IMG/VR virus record: IMGVR_UViG_3300021181_000006
Span: 120,467 to 184,466 of that record
Length of the DNA stretch: 64,000 bases
Direction: 5' to 3' (one strand)
Source of the DNA: a virus
Shown: piece after piece, positions 1-8,760 of the stretch
Numbering within the stretch: the first letter of the stretch is position 1
Layout: each line of letters starts with the position of its first letter
The notes under the pieces: model-generated
What the model saw: only the letters and a program-made list of their open reading frames with translations
What the model was told of the DNA's origin: nothing
The model's database searches: none
Position numbers and translations under genes: made by a program

Positions 1-53
1 CAACACGAAAATGTTATTAGCTTAAAGAAATACAACGCAAAGGCCATACAGGC

Positions 54-374
54 ATGGATATCGGATCTGTAGACATAGATAAGAAATATGTCACCAATAG
101 ATCATTGAGCGAACTGATTTTCGATAATCTTGAACAGCGCACTAAGGATCAATGGAGCCTGAATCGTGATCTTGGATTACCCTATGAGGTACTCGTAGGT
201 GATGGTATATTCTTTGGAATCAATGCCAATGGATGGGTGTTAGGCGTGTCACATCCATGGGAATACAAAGGTTATTACGTGAATAATTGTCCATCAAAGA
301 ATGCGTTTATAACACAGCTTTCTGTGAGCAATGTTCGCTCTATCTATAGAAATTTATTCCCACAATTCCGGTAG
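54..374 (+). CDS. hypothetical phage protein
   Basis: 106-aa ORF from the track; no recognisable motif. Confidence 0.55.
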   Translation: MDIGSVDIDKKYVTNRSLSELIFDNLEQRTKDQWSLNRDLGLPYEVLVGDGIFFGINANGWVLGVSHPWEYKGYYVNNCPSKNAFITQLSVSNVRSIYRNLFPQFR

Positions 375-637
375 AAGGTTAATGCCCTGGGAAGTGGAGC
401 TTAAGAATCTGAAGGTTTCCAGTCCAGCCAGAACGATAATTGATATAAGTATATATCTATATGCACTAGCAATGCATATATATCTATATGAAGGTCATCC
501 CATCTTTCGCAGCTGGTGGTAGTGATGCTAACATATTTTGACGCTTATGCTTTACCTTTAAATATTCTGCCGAGAGATTCAGATGGGCGAGAACACTCGT
601 AAAGAGTTGCACTCTTTCAGTATTGGTATATATAAAA

Positions 638-853
638 TCATGTATATACACGATCAAACTGATAGTAGCTTTTCATTGCTACACTCGTGTAGCAATGGTT
701 TTCTAGAGTTAGTTTCTGGCTTGTCTCATACATCCAGAAGTCACTAGAATAACAATAGACATTAAATTCTATACCCGCAAGGGAGAGCCACGAGAACGTC
801 GCATCGTGGTTAGTATGAGCGTGGCTCGGTTCAGTGGGGTCATGGTTTATCAA
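638..853 (-). CDS. hypothetical protein
   Basis: 71-aa ORF that ends near the hairpin AAAGAG-TTGCA-CTCTTT (~602-618); could be spurious. Confidence 0.35.
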   Translation of the reverse strand: MINHDPTEPSHAHTNHDATFSWLSLAGIEFNVYCYSSDFWMYETSQKLTLENHCYTSVAMKSYYQFDRVYT

Positions 854-1071
854 AGCTTTCCATACGGTTTAACTGAGATCGTATGGCGCAAACTTACCTT
901 CCTGTCGGTGGTGAGCGATAGAGTCCCTTGGTGGTGATCCCATTAAGAATTCTCACAGTTGCAGGGTATATGGATGTCTAGGCTCCTTGGAGTTCCGACC
1001 ACACACATATATCTGAGTGACCAGACAGGAATTTTTTCCCGCTGCTTTCCGTAGGCAGGCTCAACGGGTTG

Positions 1072-1127
1072 TGGGGAGTATCTCGGTGAGCGAGATACTC
1101 CCCAATACGGAGTTTTTTAGGTATAAA
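1072..1127 (+). promoter_or_regulatory. 14-bp hairpin followed by T-run and AGGTATAAA early-promoter motif
   Basis: TGGGGAGTATCTCG-GTGAG-CGAGATACTCCCCA, then TTTTTT-AGGTATAAA (1119-1127); same architecture as the 40.9-45.0 kb cassettes. Confidence 0.7.
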
Positions 1128-1130
1128 ATA

Positions 1131-1478
1131 ATGAGAACGATCACGCAGTTTGTTAATATCCTTTGGGATGAATTTTACGTTCCATATACTATGGGAATAT
1201 CGAGTGTTACTATTTTTCCTCATTACGTGCATCAACCATTGATGTGTGGGTTTGCATTCAATAACTCATTACTTCCTCATAAAAGTATAAAATCATATGT
1301 CACTCGTTGTGAGATTCGATTTGGACACAATGGGTGGGGATCTATCTGCTATGACTTTCAAACATTTATCCATAGTGTAGAAAATCACGAATACATCAAC
1401 TCACACCTAGCACGGATGAGAGCCTATGTTAAAAAACACCATGCCGAGCTATGTTCCAACCAAGGAAAGGATAGCTAA
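1131..1478 (+). CDS. hypothetical early protein (start uncertain)
   Basis: 3' part of track ORF 1017..1478, downstream of the promoter motif. Confidence 0.5.
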   Translation: MRTITQFVNILWDEFYVPYTMGISSVTIFPHYVHQPLMCGFAFNNSLLPHKSIKSYVTRCEIRFGHNGWGSICYDFQTFIHSVENHEYINSHLARMRAYVKKHHAELCSNQGKDS

Positions 1479-1845
1479 AAATATACTCGATCAGTTATTC
1501 CGAGAGTTCGGAGTGCAGATTGTTATGCGCATTGCCTTTGAGTGTATGCTCAAACCAGGAGTGAGATTTTACTATGAAAGTTATCCATACGATGATCGTA
1601 ACGAATTCTGTTATCGGTTAGACTTTCAACTGGATGGTCGAGCTGGTATCGTAAAGCATCGATGGATGCCTATTGGCATGACGAAGAAAGCACTGCTGAA
1701 ATCAATGGTCGGCTTTCTCAACACACGCCATGGCGATGAGTTCTTCATGGACATGCTCTCATTACCAGAGATATATACACAGTTGGATAAATATGGTTAC
1801 AACTGGTTCACTATCACGGATCGGATACGTGATGAAAGACTTTAA
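1426..1845 (+). CDS. hypothetical protein
   Basis: 139-aa ORF tiling the plus-strand operon. Confidence 0.55.
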   Translation: MLKNTMPSYVPTKERIAKNILDQLFREFGVQIVMRIAFECMLKPGVRFYYESYPYDDRNEFCYRLDFQLDGRAGIVKHRWMPIGMTKKALLKSMVGFLNTRHGDEFFMDMLSLPEIYTQLDKYGYNWFTITDRIRDERL

Positions 1846-2176
1846 TGCTAGCGAAAAACGAGATATCCATACGATAAACACTATCGTTGATTCATTTTGT
1901 AATGAATATGCGATACAAATAAATATGAATATTCCGTGTGATCGGGAGATGATCGGCAATGTGATATTTGGTTATGATGGCCTCGTACTCTATTGCAGCA
2001 GCCCATCTGATATACGTCTCTGCAGCGCAGAGTATAAAGAAGTATTTAAGACACAGATTTTTTTTATGAAAAAATATGAAACCATTAGACATATGATAAA
2101 TATATACAGGATGCTGTACACACTCAACCTAGAAAGACCTTATGACATCCGACGACCATCTGAAACAATGCATTGA
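1730..2176 (+). CDS. hypothetical protein (true start probably near 1830)
   Basis: ORF tiles between its neighbours; 5' part overlaps the previous gene. Confidence 0.5.
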   Translation: MAMSSSWTCSHYQRYIHSWINMVTTGSLSRIGYVMKDFNASEKRDIHTINTIVDSFCNEYAIQINMNIPCDREMIGNVIFGYDGLVLYCSSPSDIRLCSAEYKEVFKTQIFFMKKYETIRHMINIYRMLYTLNLERPYDIRRPSETMH

Positions 2177-2501
2177 TGATTTAATCGAGGATATCAAGAA
2201 TAATCCTAATGGATGGCAGATGATCAGCAATAATACCACCTTATATAATGTTCACGAAAGTATAACAATATCCTGGAACTCTCATTGGTTCAGAAAGTTC
2301 TATAATCAACGTATTGAGATTGAGGATACGCATCTGAACGCAACATCATATACCATACCAAAATCCATATTCATACCGATGTATGCAGCTATCCAGTCAT
2401 GGAAAATACAGGAGGAAGATAAACAGCGTATAAGAAATATGAATATGTTAATAGATCGTACTGCGGGATTAAAAATCAAGTCTGAGATGAACATTACATG
2501 A
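2142..2501 (+). CDS. paralog family A, copy 1 (C-terminus AGLKIKSEMNIT)
   Basis: clear similarity to the next three ORFs; stop overlaps next ATG (ACATGA). Confidence 0.85.
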   Translation: MTSDDHLKQCIDDLIEDIKNNPNGWQMISNNTTLYNVHESITISWNSHWFRKFYNQRIEIEDTHLNATSYTIPKSIFIPMYAAIQSWKIQEEDKQRIRNMNMLIDRTAGLKIKSEMNIT

Positions 2502-2896
2502 CGAGCATACGTACCACATCAGATGAACATATAAAACGATGCATTGAACAGATTATAGAGAATATAAATCATTTTCCAAATAACTGGAAACAAAAGGTAG
2601 ATAGTGATGATGAACATCATCTGAAAACATTAGATGATATGTTAGGCCTTCGTTGGTATCCACGTAAAGCAGGATGGTTTAATAAGAGTACCACAGAACG
2701 ATGGAGACTCTCTTATAGAGATCATGATTTTAATCATCATAGCTATGATCTGAAGAGTATCTATTGGAAGGATCTTGAAGCCATTATAAAGAAATGGATG
2801 GAAACACATGAAGACAGTGAACTGGTAAAACGTATGGAACATCTCATAGAAACAACTGCAGCACTAAAAATTAAAGCAGAGATGAACATTACATGA
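2498..2896 (+). CDS. paralog family A, copy 2 (C-terminus AALKIKAEMNIT)
   Basis: shared N-terminal DEHI..CI..II.N...P..W and C-terminal tail. Confidence 0.85.
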   Translation: MTSIRTTSDEHIKRCIEQIIENINHFPNNWKQKVDSDDEHHLKTLDDMLGLRWYPRKAGWFNKSTTERWRLSYRDHDFNHHSYDLKSIYWKDLEAIIKKWMETHEDSELVKRMEHLIETTAALKIKAEMNIT

Positions 2897-3282
2897 AAAA
2901 ATGCACTATGACCCCTGATGAACATATCATGCGATGCGTAAACCAGATTATCGATAATCTGAATCAATTTCCAAAATACTGGGACATACGTATTGATAAT
3001 GATAAAGAACATCACCTCAAGTCTAAAGATGGTAAAATGCGTTTGCACTGGTATCCATCTTGGTTCAGAAAATCAAAAACCTGTAAGTGGAGGCTATCCT
3101 ATATAGGTCGTGGGATGGATGAGCACACGTATATACTAACGAAGAGGTTCTGGAAACCATTAGCGGATGCATCTAAGGCTTGGATGAAAAATCATGAGGA
3201 TGAGTTCCTTATTGCACATATGGAAGAACTCATTGATCATACGGCAGGATTAAAAATAAAAGCAGAAATGAATATTACATGA
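2893..3282 (+). CDS. paralog family A, copy 3 (C-terminus AGLKIKAEMNIT)
   Basis: aligns along its length with copy 2. Confidence 0.85.
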   Translation: MKKCTMTPDEHIMRCVNQIIDNLNQFPKYWDIRIDNDKEHHLKSKDGKMRLHWYPSWFRKSKTCKWRLSYIGRGMDEHTYILTKRFWKPLADASKAWMKNHEDEFLIAHMEELIDHTAGLKIKAEMNIT

Positions 3283-3635
3283 AGCATGTCTGTGGTGTTG
3301 AGACGATCATGAATATAGCTAATAATATGAGATCACATCCAGATCATTGGAAGTACAATGAGCGTGATGATGATATTACTGTATATAATAAAAATGAGCA
3401 GTTTACTATCAGGTATGAGAAGCATTGGTATGGATATATCGATAAAAGATTAGAATTTAGAGATAATTCAGGCCAGTATAGGGTTATGCTCGGTAGAGTT
3501 GCATTTAAACCATTAATTTCTGCGATACGCTTTATGCAGGATTGGCATGAGAATAAGCAGAGTCGTGATATAGCAGAAAGGGTGTTATTAGCTACTCGTG
3601 ATCTCACGATCAAATCTGATATGAATATCACATGA
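3279..3635 (+). CDS. paralog family A, copy 4 (C-terminus DLTIKSDMNIT)
   Basis: divergent body with P..W motif; conserved tail; ACATGA junction. Confidence 0.8.
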   Translation: MKHVCGVETIMNIANNMRSHPDHWKYNERDDDITVYNKNEQFTIRYEKHWYGYIDKRLEFRDNSGQYRVMLGRVAFKPLISAIRFMQDWHENKQSRDIAERVLLATRDLTIKSDMNIT

Positions 3636-4015
3636 GAAAACTCCCTCAGATAGATAACTATACCTATCTTCTTCCTATTCGTGAGAAAACTCTCATGGAG
3701 TATCGTGATAAGCTCGCCATAGCTGTATTTGCTGATAATATCATCGAGATCGAGATGGGTATAGATTTAGATTACTATATTAATAAGAAACTCTTGTTTT
3801 CTAAACGCGGCGATAAAGGTATGCTCAGCACTCCACATGGAGGAATTGAGTTTAACTTTGATATCAACGAGTTTAAGAAAGCATTGATGATCTATTATGT
3901 ATTCAGTAAAGATTATCCAGGATGCCGTATCAAACGTCAAAGAACACGCAGGTTTCGCATCTTTCTACGAAAAATACGAAACCTATTCTTTGGGTATAAG
4001 AGGAATACTCACTAA
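3632..4015 (+). CDS. hypothetical protein with basic C-terminus
   Basis: 127-aa ORF translationally coupled to upstream gene. Confidence 0.6.
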   Translation: MRKLPQIDNYTYLLPIREKTLMEYRDKLAIAVFADNIIEIEMGIDLDYYINKKLLFSKRGDKGMLSTPHGGIEFNFDINEFKKALMIYYVFSKDYPGCRIKRQRTRRFRIFLRKIRNLFFGYKRNTH

Positions 4016-4029
4016 CAAGGATTCTTCTT

Positions 4030-4293
4030 ATGCCAACGACGGATAGGATTCGTAAGTCTCTGCTCGCTGAAAAGCAGCCTCCTCGTGTCTATTATGAACC
4101 AACAAAAGAGAAGGCGAATCAAAAATCAACTCAGTTTTTTAAAAATGCCAAGAAGGTTCCTACGGTTGAAACAGCTGCAGAAGCGATGGCTATCTTACGT
4201 ACAGGATCTTCGGTGATTCTCTGTAACCAAGATATATACGATCTCTTCTCAGGTGAAGACCGTGAGCACCATTTGAACCGATGGGATTTATAA
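4030..4293 (+). CDS. hypothetical protein
   Basis: 87-aa ORF followed by a hairpin. Confidence 0.6.
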   Translation: MPTTDRIRKSLLAEKQPPRVYYEPTKEKANQKSTQFFKNAKKVPTVETAAEAMAILRTGSSVILCNQDIYDLFSGEDREHHLNRWDL

Positions 4294-4303
4294 TCTATAC
4301 ACG

Positions 4304-4332
4304 AAAGTAGGCTCGGCCTACTTTATTAGCTA
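4304..4332 (+). terminator. intrinsic terminator followed by TTAGCTA
   Basis: AAAGTAGGC-TCG-GCCTACTTT then ATTAGCTA. Confidence 0.65.
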
Positions 4333-4338
4333 GGATAT

Positions 4339-4614
4339 ATGGATATCAAAGACATCGATACCTTAATCGATTATATTGTCGGTAAAGAAATACGTTTACT
4401 GATGAATCTTGAACAAAAAGCTACTGTTACTATTAAAGATAGTACCTATTCATTACTGGAAGATACGGGTAGATTTACACTCTATATGACGTGTAATAGT
4501 CGTACTCATTGTCTGTATAGCGGAGGTACATTCAATCAGATGATTGATACGCTCAAAACAGAGTCATTCAGACAATCTATTATTACCAATACTAAGATCT
4601 ATTCCAGAAAATGA
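4339..4614 (+). CDS. hypothetical protein
   Basis: 91-aa ORF with AGGA upstream. Confidence 0.6.
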   Translation: MDIKDIDTLIDYIVGKEIRLLMNLEQKATVTIKDSTYSLLEDTGRFTLYMTCNSRTHCLYSGGTFNQMIDTLKTESFRQSIITNTKIYSRK

Positions 4615-5078
4615 GCACTATCTATGATCTCGTCCAAAATCATATGCAAATCCAGCACTATCTTGGGCTAAAAGTATCTCTCTATATTCAACTCGGGTGT
4701 GATTATTTTCTTATACGTAATGAAAGCGCAGATCTATTCGCGTTTATAAAAATTACGTATTCGATAAGAAAATATGAAGGCCATAAAATATTACTGTTGA
4801 CCGGTAAATATGCATGGTATACCAGTCATCTCAAGAACATCGATCTCTATATCAAAGGTCATGCACCATGCAGTATTGTGCATCAAAACGATATGTGCTT
4901 AGATTTTGTACATCGTGTAATACCGAACATACAAAAGGTATCGCATCTCCACTCTGCTGTCCCATTTAATTTCTATGGATATCCATGTGAATCTCTATTT
5001 GTGGCAGTCCACGCCGATAGTGGATATACAGCTATACATATGGTAGATATGACCAATGACATACCTGCAAAACCGTGA
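4611..5078 (+). CDS. hypothetical protein
   Basis: 155-aa ORF, ATGA overlap with upstream gene. Confidence 0.6.
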   Translation: MSTIYDLVQNHMQIQHYLGLKVSLYIQLGCDYFLIRNESADLFAFIKITYSIRKYEGHKILLLTGKYAWYTSHLKNIDLYIKGHAPCSIVHQNDMCLDFVHRVIPNIQKVSHLHSAVPFNFYGYPCESLFVAVHADSGYTAIHMVDMTNDIPAKP

Positions 5079-5496
5079 TGTATTTGAGATGCATAAACAT
5101 CTCAATTTACCATATAAAGTATATATTATCGACAATTCTTCAGTACATAGCGTCGAAATACGCGGTGACTTATATGTACTGAGTGTCTATAGCCATGAAA
5201 TCAACAAAACGGTAGATGGCCAGATTGAGATCATCGTTCATCAAATATTTCATAGTAGTCATCATGAACTCGCTCAGTATTGCCATATTTTTATTGGCAG
5301 CCATGCTACTGATAATATACATGATATCTATACCTTCTTCGTGAGGAAACATATACCAGAAGCGGTCTGTATATGGCATGATTTTTACAAAAAGGACTGT
5401 AATCCTTCTAACTTCCAACATACGTCTAGAACGAGGTGTGTTCTCAACATACCAGGTTATCGTATGAATATACTAGTCATAGGGCATATAACATGA
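5056..5496 (+). CDS. hypothetical protein
   Basis: 146-aa ORF ending in ACATGA junction. Confidence 0.6.
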   Translation: MTYLQNRDVFEMHKHLNLPYKVYIIDNSSVHSVEIRGDLYVLSVYSHEINKTVDGQIEIIVHQIFHSSHHELAQYCHIFIGSHATDNIHDIYTFFVRKHIPEAVCIWHDFYKKDCNPSNFQHTSRTRCVLNIPGYRMNILVIGHIT

Positions 5497-5696
5497 GCAT
5501 TAAACGCGATATGAACATCCCATTGGTATGGGTCTGTGTTGAATGTGGCAAGAAAGCACGCGCTACATCGGAGCACGGACCCATGACATTTACCTCTACT
5601 TTCCATAATGGCATCTGTGATTGCTGTAGTAAGCCAAAAGCAGTATGCCCAGTACGTGATTTTGGATATCCAAGCTTCGATAAAGTTCAGGTATAA
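5493..5696 (+). CDS. small Cys-rich (Zn-binding) phage protein
   Basis: CVEC ... HNGICDCC ... RDFGYP; start reassigned to ATG 5493. Confidence 0.6.
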   Translation: MSIKRDMNIPLVWVCVECGKKARATSEHGPMTFTSTFHNGICDCCSKPKAVCPVRDFGYPSFDKVQV

Positions 5697-5705
5697 TATC
5701 TATAC

Positions 5706-6128
5706 ATGAACGTAATCGATCTACCATCTCCTTTTACGAAAAAAGAAGATGATCTGTATACCTGCCTCGGTATAGAGCGGGAAAGATTTTTCCTAGTGTG
5801 GCCGTATGGATATCTGATATCACGAGCTACGAGTTTTGATCCGATCCTCCAGACTGATACGCTAGAATATACCATCACTCGTATTCTAGGAATTAGAGAC
5901 TATAAGTCTTATTTCAACTTAGTGATGAATAGAGTTTTGGATAGCGAACAGAAACTCTTGTCAGAACAGTTCCTGCATCCAACGGAAAGATTCAGAGAGT
6001 TCATTGACAGTTCTGAATTTTATAATTATTGCATAATATATCCACGTAAATCATACCTCGATGTCTACTCTGACGATATGAGCGATAAAGATGTAGGCAT
6101 GACACTTAAAATAAGATTTCCAACATGA
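5706..6128 (+). CDS. hypothetical protein, possibly leaderless
   Basis: AGGTATAAT at 5689-5697, 8 nt before the ATG. Confidence 0.6.
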   Translation: MNVIDLPSPFTKKEDDLYTCLGIERERFFLVWPYGYLISRATSFDPILQTDTLEYTITRILGIRDYKSYFNLVMNRVLDSEQKLLSEQFLHPTERFREFIDSSEFYNYCIIYPRKSYLDVYSDDMSDKDVGMTLKIRFPT

Positions 6129-6826
6129 AAACCATTCACGAAGTCAGTACGGAACTCCATATGGAGATCAGCGATCTTGGATCGTTGATCTCCAATGGTC
6201 GTATAGCTCGACCTACCAGAGCCAATAACCAATGGTTGTTCTCTGAAGACAATATTAAAGAAATCAGAAGCATCGCTCCAGATCTTCTTCCTTCCTATCA
6301 ACGTTTATTCCGTCAGAAAGCCTTCTGGGCTCATAAAGTGGATGGCGTGACCATCCATCCCACAGTGATTGCTCTGGCACGAGCAGCCTGTGAAAATAGT
6401 ACTCTCTTTGAGAATAATAAAACTATTCTTGTCAGGGACTATCCAGACCAGTTCGTTGCTTACGCGAGAAGCGTGAATCCTGCTGACATCAGCGTCGAAG
6501 AGCGACGTGTCTTTAGGGCTATCCAGCTTGCCTGTGAAGGAGCTGTTGAATTTAATAACGCTTTAGGGCTTGTTCATGAAGATAAGCTCATTTCTACCCA
6601 TCAACTCGCTGTACTCTGTGGCACGCATGATAGTACCATCCGTAATTTGTGGAAAGAGCGTCGCGTAGCCCCTACTACCATGTCTCAATCCAATGCTCTG
6701 CTCTGGCGTGTTGACAACACACTTATTACTGCTATAAAGCGATTCCTTGCACGCGAAGGAGATCTACCTCCCCAGCAATTTAGTGCACGGAAGGATATCG
6801 TTCATTTTCACATCGAATCAACCTGA
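6125..6826 (+). CDS. DNA-binding protein with two MerR/excisionase-like HTH modules
   Basis: N-terminal TIHEVSTEL..ISDL...GRI..P...NNQWLFSEDNI and C-terminal ISTHQLAVLCG...TIRNLWKERRV.P....LLW. Confidence 0.6.
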   Translation: MKTIHEVSTELHMEISDLGSLISNGRIARPTRANNQWLFSEDNIKEIRSIAPDLLPSYQRLFRQKAFWAHKVDGVTIHPTVIALARAACENSTLFENNKTILVRDYPDQFVAYARSVNPADISVEERRVFRAIQLACEGAVEFNNALGLVHEDKLISTHQLAVLCGTHDSTIRNLWKERRVAPTTMSQSNALLWRVDNTLITAIKRFLAREGDLPPQQFSARKDIVHFHIEST

Positions 6827-6837
6827 AGGAGTCAACT

Positions 6838-7341
6838 ATGACCACCCCACTCGTTAAGTATGTTTATCATAATATGATCACTGGCCATAATCTGGCCTAT
6901 GGCTTTACCGTTCCAGACGACAAGTCTAAAGGCGGAACAATCGCTGTTGGTTTCGCTTTTGGTTCGCCAAAAGACTCTTTCAGCCGTAAAAAGGCGAGAG
7001 CTATTATCGCTTCTTTCATGGTATCTCGTCCTATTGTCCTGGTGCAGCAACCTGGCCGTCACATCCTGGATGTTATTGGTGACTACATCAATAGCATTGA
7101 TTTCCACCAGATCATGCCTCCATCATGGCAGGGTAAGTTCAAGGGCGGATTACGTCAGCGCAAGGTCATTGTTCTGACTGAGGTCAGTGAGGGTTATCCC
7201 CGTGTCGATGGATCGGCACAGCGTCTCATGGAATGGCCTATTACCGATGTTCCTATCCGTATCCATCGTGATGACTGGGTAGCTGCTACCAAGGTAGACG
7301 CTGCTGGCAATGTCATTCCAGAGGCGGTAGCATCGCAATGA
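6838..7341 (+). CDS. conserved-type phage hypothetical protein
   Basis: 167-aa ORF with AAGGAG SD; motif GFAFGSPKDSFSRKKAR. Confidence 0.7.
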   Translation: MTTPLVKYVYHNMITGHNLAYGFTVPDDKSKGGTIAVGFAFGSPKDSFSRKKARAIIASFMVSRPIVLVQQPGRHILDVIGDYINSIDFHQIMPPSWQGKFKGGLRQRKVIVLTEVSEGYPRVDGSAQRLMEWPITDVPIRIHRDDWVAATKVDAAGNVIPEAVASQ

Positions 7342-7913
7342 TATACCCACGCCTAATGGCGGTGGTTATACTCATTTTGGTTTATTTGCCACCAGCAACT
7401 TCGTTTTCTAATGAAGATGAGTTCATATCGGTAACACCACGTGCTCAACATGTGGCGTTACCGGTACAGATTCAGATTCCTAAGATTACACCTATTATAT
7501 ATACAGTTTTTGATGGAGAAACATTTGCAGTCTTACCAAACGGTATACTCAGTGATGCCAACGGATACCACTGGAAGCTATTGGAAGTCATTACCACCGC
7601 TTATACCTATCGCAGTGGCATTGAAAATGAAACAACGGCAACTCTTCAAGATGCTATTGCCAGCTACGGGATCGCTTCTTGCCCTGGAGCCCTACCTTAT
7701 GGCACATTGGTACACGTACCCAATTACGGTACCTATATCGTCGATGATTGTGGGCGTATTCCTAACGAGCAATTTGCTCGCGGAAATATTCTCCTAGATC
7801 TCAGAATACCACATCGTCGTTATGATGGCGTATGGCGTTCTGAAGCAGAATGTGTCAATATCTGTAATAAGCATGGTGTACAACATACTGTTGTGTTAGT
7901 TCAAGTTAATTGA
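7338..7913 (+). CDS. 3D-domain (MltA-like) cell-wall enzyme with N-terminal signal/TM segment
   Basis: TAY...TAT...GIASCPGALPYGTLVHVPNYGTYIVDDCG...LDL is the 3D-domain pattern. Confidence 0.75.
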   Translation: MIYPRLMAVVILILVYLPPATSFSNEDEFISVTPRAQHVALPVQIQIPKITPIIYTVFDGETFAVLPNGILSDANGYHWKLLEVITTAYTYRSGIENETTATLQDAIASYGIASCPGALPYGTLVHVPNYGTYIVDDCGRIPNEQFARGNILLDLRIPHRRYDGVWRSEAECVNICNKHGVQHTVVLVQVN

Positions 7914-8614
7914 GGATATGCATGGCGTTTAGGTAAAACAATACCTAAACGCTTAGCATATTTCTTAATTGCATTATCACTTACTCCAAGTATTTTTCCT
8001 ATAGATACATAGGATTTATGAGCAATAAGTATTTCTAAATCTTCTTTCGATATATGTATCTTGCGTTTTAATCTACGAATAGCTAAAAAATCATCTGAAT
8101 TATTATAACAAGATCTACATAAACCTGACTTTGTATCTTGCGATAGAATATTTTTGCAATTGATACAATGTATTACTTTTTTTGTCTTAATATAATAAGA
8201 ATAGTCTACTTTAGACAGATTGTAATCAGACTTTATCTTTTCTATTAATAACTTTATAAAATGCTCATCATACATTAGTGAATAATGATATTCATATAAA
8301 GACCATCCATGTGATAAAATTAAATTTCTTCTGTTTTGATAATAATCTTTCAATGTACCATCAGAGTTATAATGTTGATTGCCATTGATTTCGATACCAA
8401 CCTTTTTATCAGGGAAAGCAATATCTATAGAAAAAAATCTTTCTGGAAAGAGCGGCTGAAACTCAGGAACGTATGATATATTATTATCGATTAGTATATT
8501 TTTCAGTATTTCACATGGAACAGATGTAAATTTTTTGCTAGATTTCCATGGATGCTTTTCAGGGTTATTACGAAGATACATCCTACGAGCTTGTGATTTT
8601 AACGGATATTTCAT
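7901..8614 (-). CDS. free-standing Vsr/DUF559-like (PD-(D/E)xK) endonuclease with Zn ribbon and C-terminal HTH; putative homing endonuclease
   Basis: IDIAFPDKKVGIEINGNQHY; CINC...CRSC; SYVSIGKILGVSDNAIKK; AT-rich and antisense to the operon. Confidence 0.75.
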   Translation of the reverse strand: MKYPLKSQARRMYLRNNPEKHPWKSSKKFTSVPCEILKNILIDNNISYVPEFQPLFPERFFSIDIAFPDKKVGIEINGNQHYNSDGTLKDYYQNRRNLILSHGWSLYEYHYSLMYDEHFIKLLIEKIKSDYNLSKVDYSYYIKTKKVIHCINCKNILSQDTKSGLCRSCYNNSDDFLAIRRLKRKIHISKEDLEILIAHKSYVSIGKILGVSDNAIKKYAKRLGIVLPKRHAYPQLT

Positions 8615-8641
8615 AAGCGAACCTAATAAATATTGTTATAT

Positions 8642-8650
8642 TGGTATAAT
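8642..8650 (+). promoter_or_regulatory. extended -10 promoter (TGnTATAAT) upstream of the tRNA
   Basis: TGGTATAAT, 31 nt upstream of the tRNA 5' end. Confidence 0.6.
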
Positions 8651-8681
8651 ATTATTGTTGGTTCGATTGAGAAGTCAACTT

Positions 8682-8760
8682 GCCATTGTATCGGAACCGC
8701 CTTCTAAGCGGTAGCCCCGTAACTGGATCAATGTAGGTTCAACTCCTACCGATGGCGCCA
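8682..8760 (+). tRNA. non-canonical tRNA-Arg(UCU)-like RNA lacking a normal D-arm
   Basis: acceptor GCCATTG/CGATGGC + G + CCA; anticodon arm ACCGC-CTTCTAA-GCGGT; T-arm GTAGG-TTCAACT-CCTAC; only 7 nt at the D-arm position; 20-nt variable region. Confidence 0.8.

Noticed and set aside
8701-8709. Reading the tRNA as an amber suppressor (CUA)
   Set aside because: The stem ACCGC/GCGGT fixes the 7-nt loop CTTCTAA with TCT central; TAG is used as a normal stop (374, 9430, 22452) and no ORF needs recoding
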